From Folioceros fuciformis (taxonomy: Eukaryota), in contig JBNGIO010005882.1 of NCBI GenBank assembly GCA_049999805.1, positions 126,157 through 190,156 of the forward strand: a DNA stretch of 64,000 bases, given 5' to 3'. Positions 60,600 through 64,000 of the stretch are shown here, piece after piece. Numbering within the stretch: the stretch's first letter is position 1; every line of letters begins with the position of its first letter. Both the position numbers and the translations under genes were made by a program. The notes under the pieces were generated by a model that searched no databases, was not told where the DNA came from, and saw nothing but the letters and a program-made list of their open reading frames with translations.

Positions 60600-61867
60600 A
60601 GGGAGCATGTGTCCCCTCTGTCAGACCTAGACTTTGGTTGTCCAACGAGGATTCGCTTAATATCATTTAATATCGCTTAATATGATTTTCCGGATGAGGC
60701 ATTTTCAGCAGACCTAGTGGGGAGGGAGAGGGCCAAACCAAATGCTAGGCTACCAAGAGGTGAAGGTGCAGCGCCGAATGAGAAGGGAAGAGGGGGATTC
60801 CGTAAACCCTCTTACCAAGAGGTATCTGATTTTTTAGGCACGGGGAAGTTCTCGGTTGATCTCTCACGGCCGCAGTAGCGGCTGTTCCTTTACTTCACAA
60901 GACTAGTTGTTAAGCACAAGGGCAGGCTATATCGCACAAGAGCTGATGGGATGGAACGTTTGTGGGTCAACCTTGGCCAAGTGGAGCAAGTTATCAGCTC
61001 CTTGCATGAGGGAGAGGTTGGAGGCCATTATGCAGCCCATGTGACCTGTAGAAAAATTCTGGCAGCAGGGTGTTGGTGGCCAACAATGCATGCTAATGCT
61101 GGAGAGTTCATCAGGAGGTGTGATGCGTGCCAAAGGGTGGGGAAGCCTACCATGACCACACAATGGCCACTGGTCTCCATCCTAGCCCTAGCACCATTTG
61201 AGAAGTCGGGGATTGATTTTGTATGACCAATTCAGCCCAACTCCAAGGGAAGGCAAAACCAATACATCTTGGTAGCAATCGACTACTGCACACGCATGGT
61301 AGAGGCTCAAGCTTTGCCTGTGGACATAGCCAATGTGGTGGCCAGATTTTTGTTTAAGCAGATCATCACAAGGTATGGGTGTCCGTTGGAGCTGGTGAGT
61401 GATAGGGGGACTCACTTCATCAATGAAGTGGTCGAGCACATGACTGAATATTTCAATATCAGTCATAGGAAGACCACCCCCTACAATCCTAAGGCCAATG
61501 GGCTCACGGAGAAGGCTAATGGGCTGTTGTGCAAGATTCTCAGCAAGCTAACCATCACATATGCTCATGACTGGGATAGGAAGCTTCATTCAGCCTTGTG
61601 GGTGTATAAGACTGCGGAGAAGGTTACCACCTGGAAGACCCCTTATTACCTCACCTATGGACGCTCACCAATTACGCCCATTGAATTTGAGGTACTCACC
61701 TTGAGAATGCAAGAGAGCAATCGATTGCTCGTGGAGGAGAGTCAGCTAGAGAGGCTGACCAGTTTTGTGCAGCATGATGAAGATAAAGAACGGGCCTTGG
61801 CTGTTTTCCTTGATGTCCAGGAGAGGAGGAAGAAATGGCATGACTCGAAGTTGCGTAAACAAGAGTA
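60600..61867 (+). mobile_element. Ty3/Gypsy retrotransposon pol remnant (integrase)
   Basis: HEGEVGGH..CDAC zinc finger, PFEKSGIDFV*P, VAIDY, LVSDRGTHF, TTPYNPKANGLTEKAN, TPYYLTYG; stop at ~61224; truncated by the Copia insertion. Confidence 0.9.
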
Positions 61868-64000
61868 TGTTGTGCCTAGGGTTTATTTAGGTAGTTAGTA
61901 GTTATATTAGTTGTAACCGCTTACGGTTGCAACTACTTACGGTTGCAAAAACTTATGGTTGCAACCGCCCAATCACCTAGCCTATTTAAAGGCTTGTACT
62001 TTACTCATTAATTGATTCCGTTGTTTTCCTTCTTATCTGAGAGCTATTGATTCTCATCATGGTATCATAGCATCTTTGCTCTCTTGCGTATTCTTATGTT
62101 TCTTATATATGAGGAGATTGTTTACAAGGCACTCTTAAATCTAGCATTTGTCAAAATGGAGTGCTATTGTCCTATATTCTCTATTTCACCAATCCTTTAT
62201 CTCTTCCTTTAACATGCTTATATGTTCTAATCTTCTACAATTTCTCCATGGACTTCAATTCTATTAGAAGGAGAAAACAGAAGGTTAAAACGAAAGAGAA
62301 TCTCATTAAGCAACAAGCTATTGAGAGTGAAATAGAAGAAATCTCTTCATCTATAGCAAATTTCATTGTATCAATTTTATTTCCATAACCAAATCAAGGG
62401 AAGCTTATCAAGTTATCAAGATGTAATTTGCTTGAATACTTCAGACCTGTCCATATTAAAGCTTTGGAATTAGCTCTTAATCATATTCCAAATTTAATAA
62501 ATGGATTGATTTCTTCCTGTACTTCTATTTTGTTAAATAAAAATAGAATTCAAATTCCATCTCTTCATGATTTTTATGATCAATTTTCATCTCTCAAAAT
62601 TCAGGTCTCTAATCTACAAACTGAATTATTTGATTTGAAAACAAAATTTTCTTTGATTAATACTAATCAAGAATTAGAGAGTAGGCCATCATCTCCTGAA
62701 AACAGCCTAATGGAGGAATTCTATATGTGCAACAAAATTGAACATAAGCCTTACCGCAAGAGCTTTGTCCTTTGAGGACGATTAGCTATGGCCGGAGTGA
62801 TTGAAGAAGAATTTGAAGCTACCCCAAACTCACCTTTGGGTAATGATAATGTTCATCCTCCTACACATTATCATTTTGGTGATGGTTTCAAAGAGAAAGG
62901 TAGATTCAACGGGAAAGATTATGATATTTGGGCATTACGTATGCGAGGAGCATTGAGACAAAGAGCATTATGGGGCATTATTGATGGATCCATAACAAGA
63001 CCAAGGTCTGATGATGAATGTGAACTTCAGATTTCCTGGGATACCAGGGATGAGAAGACACAAGATTTGTTAATAAGTGGACTCTCTCAACAAATGGTCA
63101 GGTATGTTGCACATGCAAAAACATCTCATGAAATGTGGCCTCACCTTGCTCAATTATATTCATCACAAGATGTAATGAGCATTGTGGCAGCTTCTCGTAA
63201 CTTCCATAATTTATCCATGAAGGAATCCGACACTATTGAACATCATATTAATGCTTTTAGACAAGCATGCTCCCAAGTTGAATCTGCAACTGGTGTACCT
63301 ATATCTGAGATGGATGCTTATGTAACCCTTCTATCTTCATTGCCTCCCTCCTATCGTCCATTCATCACTACTCAAAACGCAGTTATTCGTAATTCACGGA
63401 GAACTGCAGATGATGGGACAAAGGGTTTTGACATTTTCTGAATTGATCGGAGCACTTCTACAGGAGGAGGCAAGTGGGCGCCATTCTCACTCCAGGCCTA
63501 ATAAACAACAAGTAATGTACTTGCAGAGAGGCAGAGGAAGAGGACGAGGCAGAGGCCGAGGTTTTTCTTCCCAACGTCCTCCATATTCTTCGCCGAGTAC
63601 CAACATTGGAGAGAGTTCTTCATCCACACCTTCAAAGGGTAAAAAGAAGAGCGGCATTATATGCAATTGGTGCAGGATTCCTAATCATACAGAAAAGGAT
63701 TGTCGCAAAAAGAAGAATGGTGAACCTCGCAAGGAGGCTTCACAAGGAATTAATGTAGCTTCCAAAAAGCAATCTTCATCAACTCCAACAGTGCTCACTG
63801 TATGTTTGGCATCACCCAAACCTGCTAATACCTCATGGTATTTAGACAGTTGAGCAACATCACATATATTTTACAACAAAAGTTATTTTCAGTCATACTC
63901 CCCAACCACAAGACATCAATCTGTCCTCTTGGGAGATGATCACAACCTACCTATTGAAGGCACTGGTTCTGTTGTACTAACATGTGATTCAAGACAAGTC
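61868..64000 (+). mobile_element. Ty1/Copia LTR retrotransposon (5' part), inserted in the Gypsy integrase; degenerate
   Basis: 5' LTR 61868-62059 (TGTTG...CATCA); PBS TGGTATCATAGC at 62060-62071 (tRNA-iMet-like); gag from 62788 (FNGKDYDIW, UBN2-like, CNWCRIPNHTEKDC knuckle); frameshift ~63420; protease WYLDS*ATSH. Confidence 0.9.

Overview
Eukaryotic plant nuclear DNA: gene-dense blocks with short (~80-200 bp) GT-AG introns alternate with AT-rich, transposon-derived blocks. Two tandem, intronless PLS-class PPR genes carry DYW:KP-type domains ending in ...CSCKGRP, the class linked to U-to-C organellar RNA editing. With the compact gene structure, this suggests a hornwort-like seed-free plant (inference). 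Both PPR proteins also carry an N-terminal motif that closely resembles the ssDNA-binding PDF motif of OSB proteins; this is the most striking observation in the window. Other genes are an intronless, AT-rich, non-RD CIPK/SnRK-like kinase, RRP5, a divergent PLATZ gene (probably pseudogenised), a SPOROCYTELESS/SPEAR-like EAR repressor, PTAR1, a cytochrome P450 pseudogene, proline dehydrogenase and a kinesin-4 with a CXC tail. Mobile DNA includes PIF/Harbinger, CACTA, Sola-like and Ty3/Gypsy remnants, a solo LTR with a 5-bp TSD inside a minisatellite, and a Ty1/Copia element with an extra ORF upstream of gag. All calls come from reading the sequence by eye; no database search was run, and multi-exon genes are given as overall spans.
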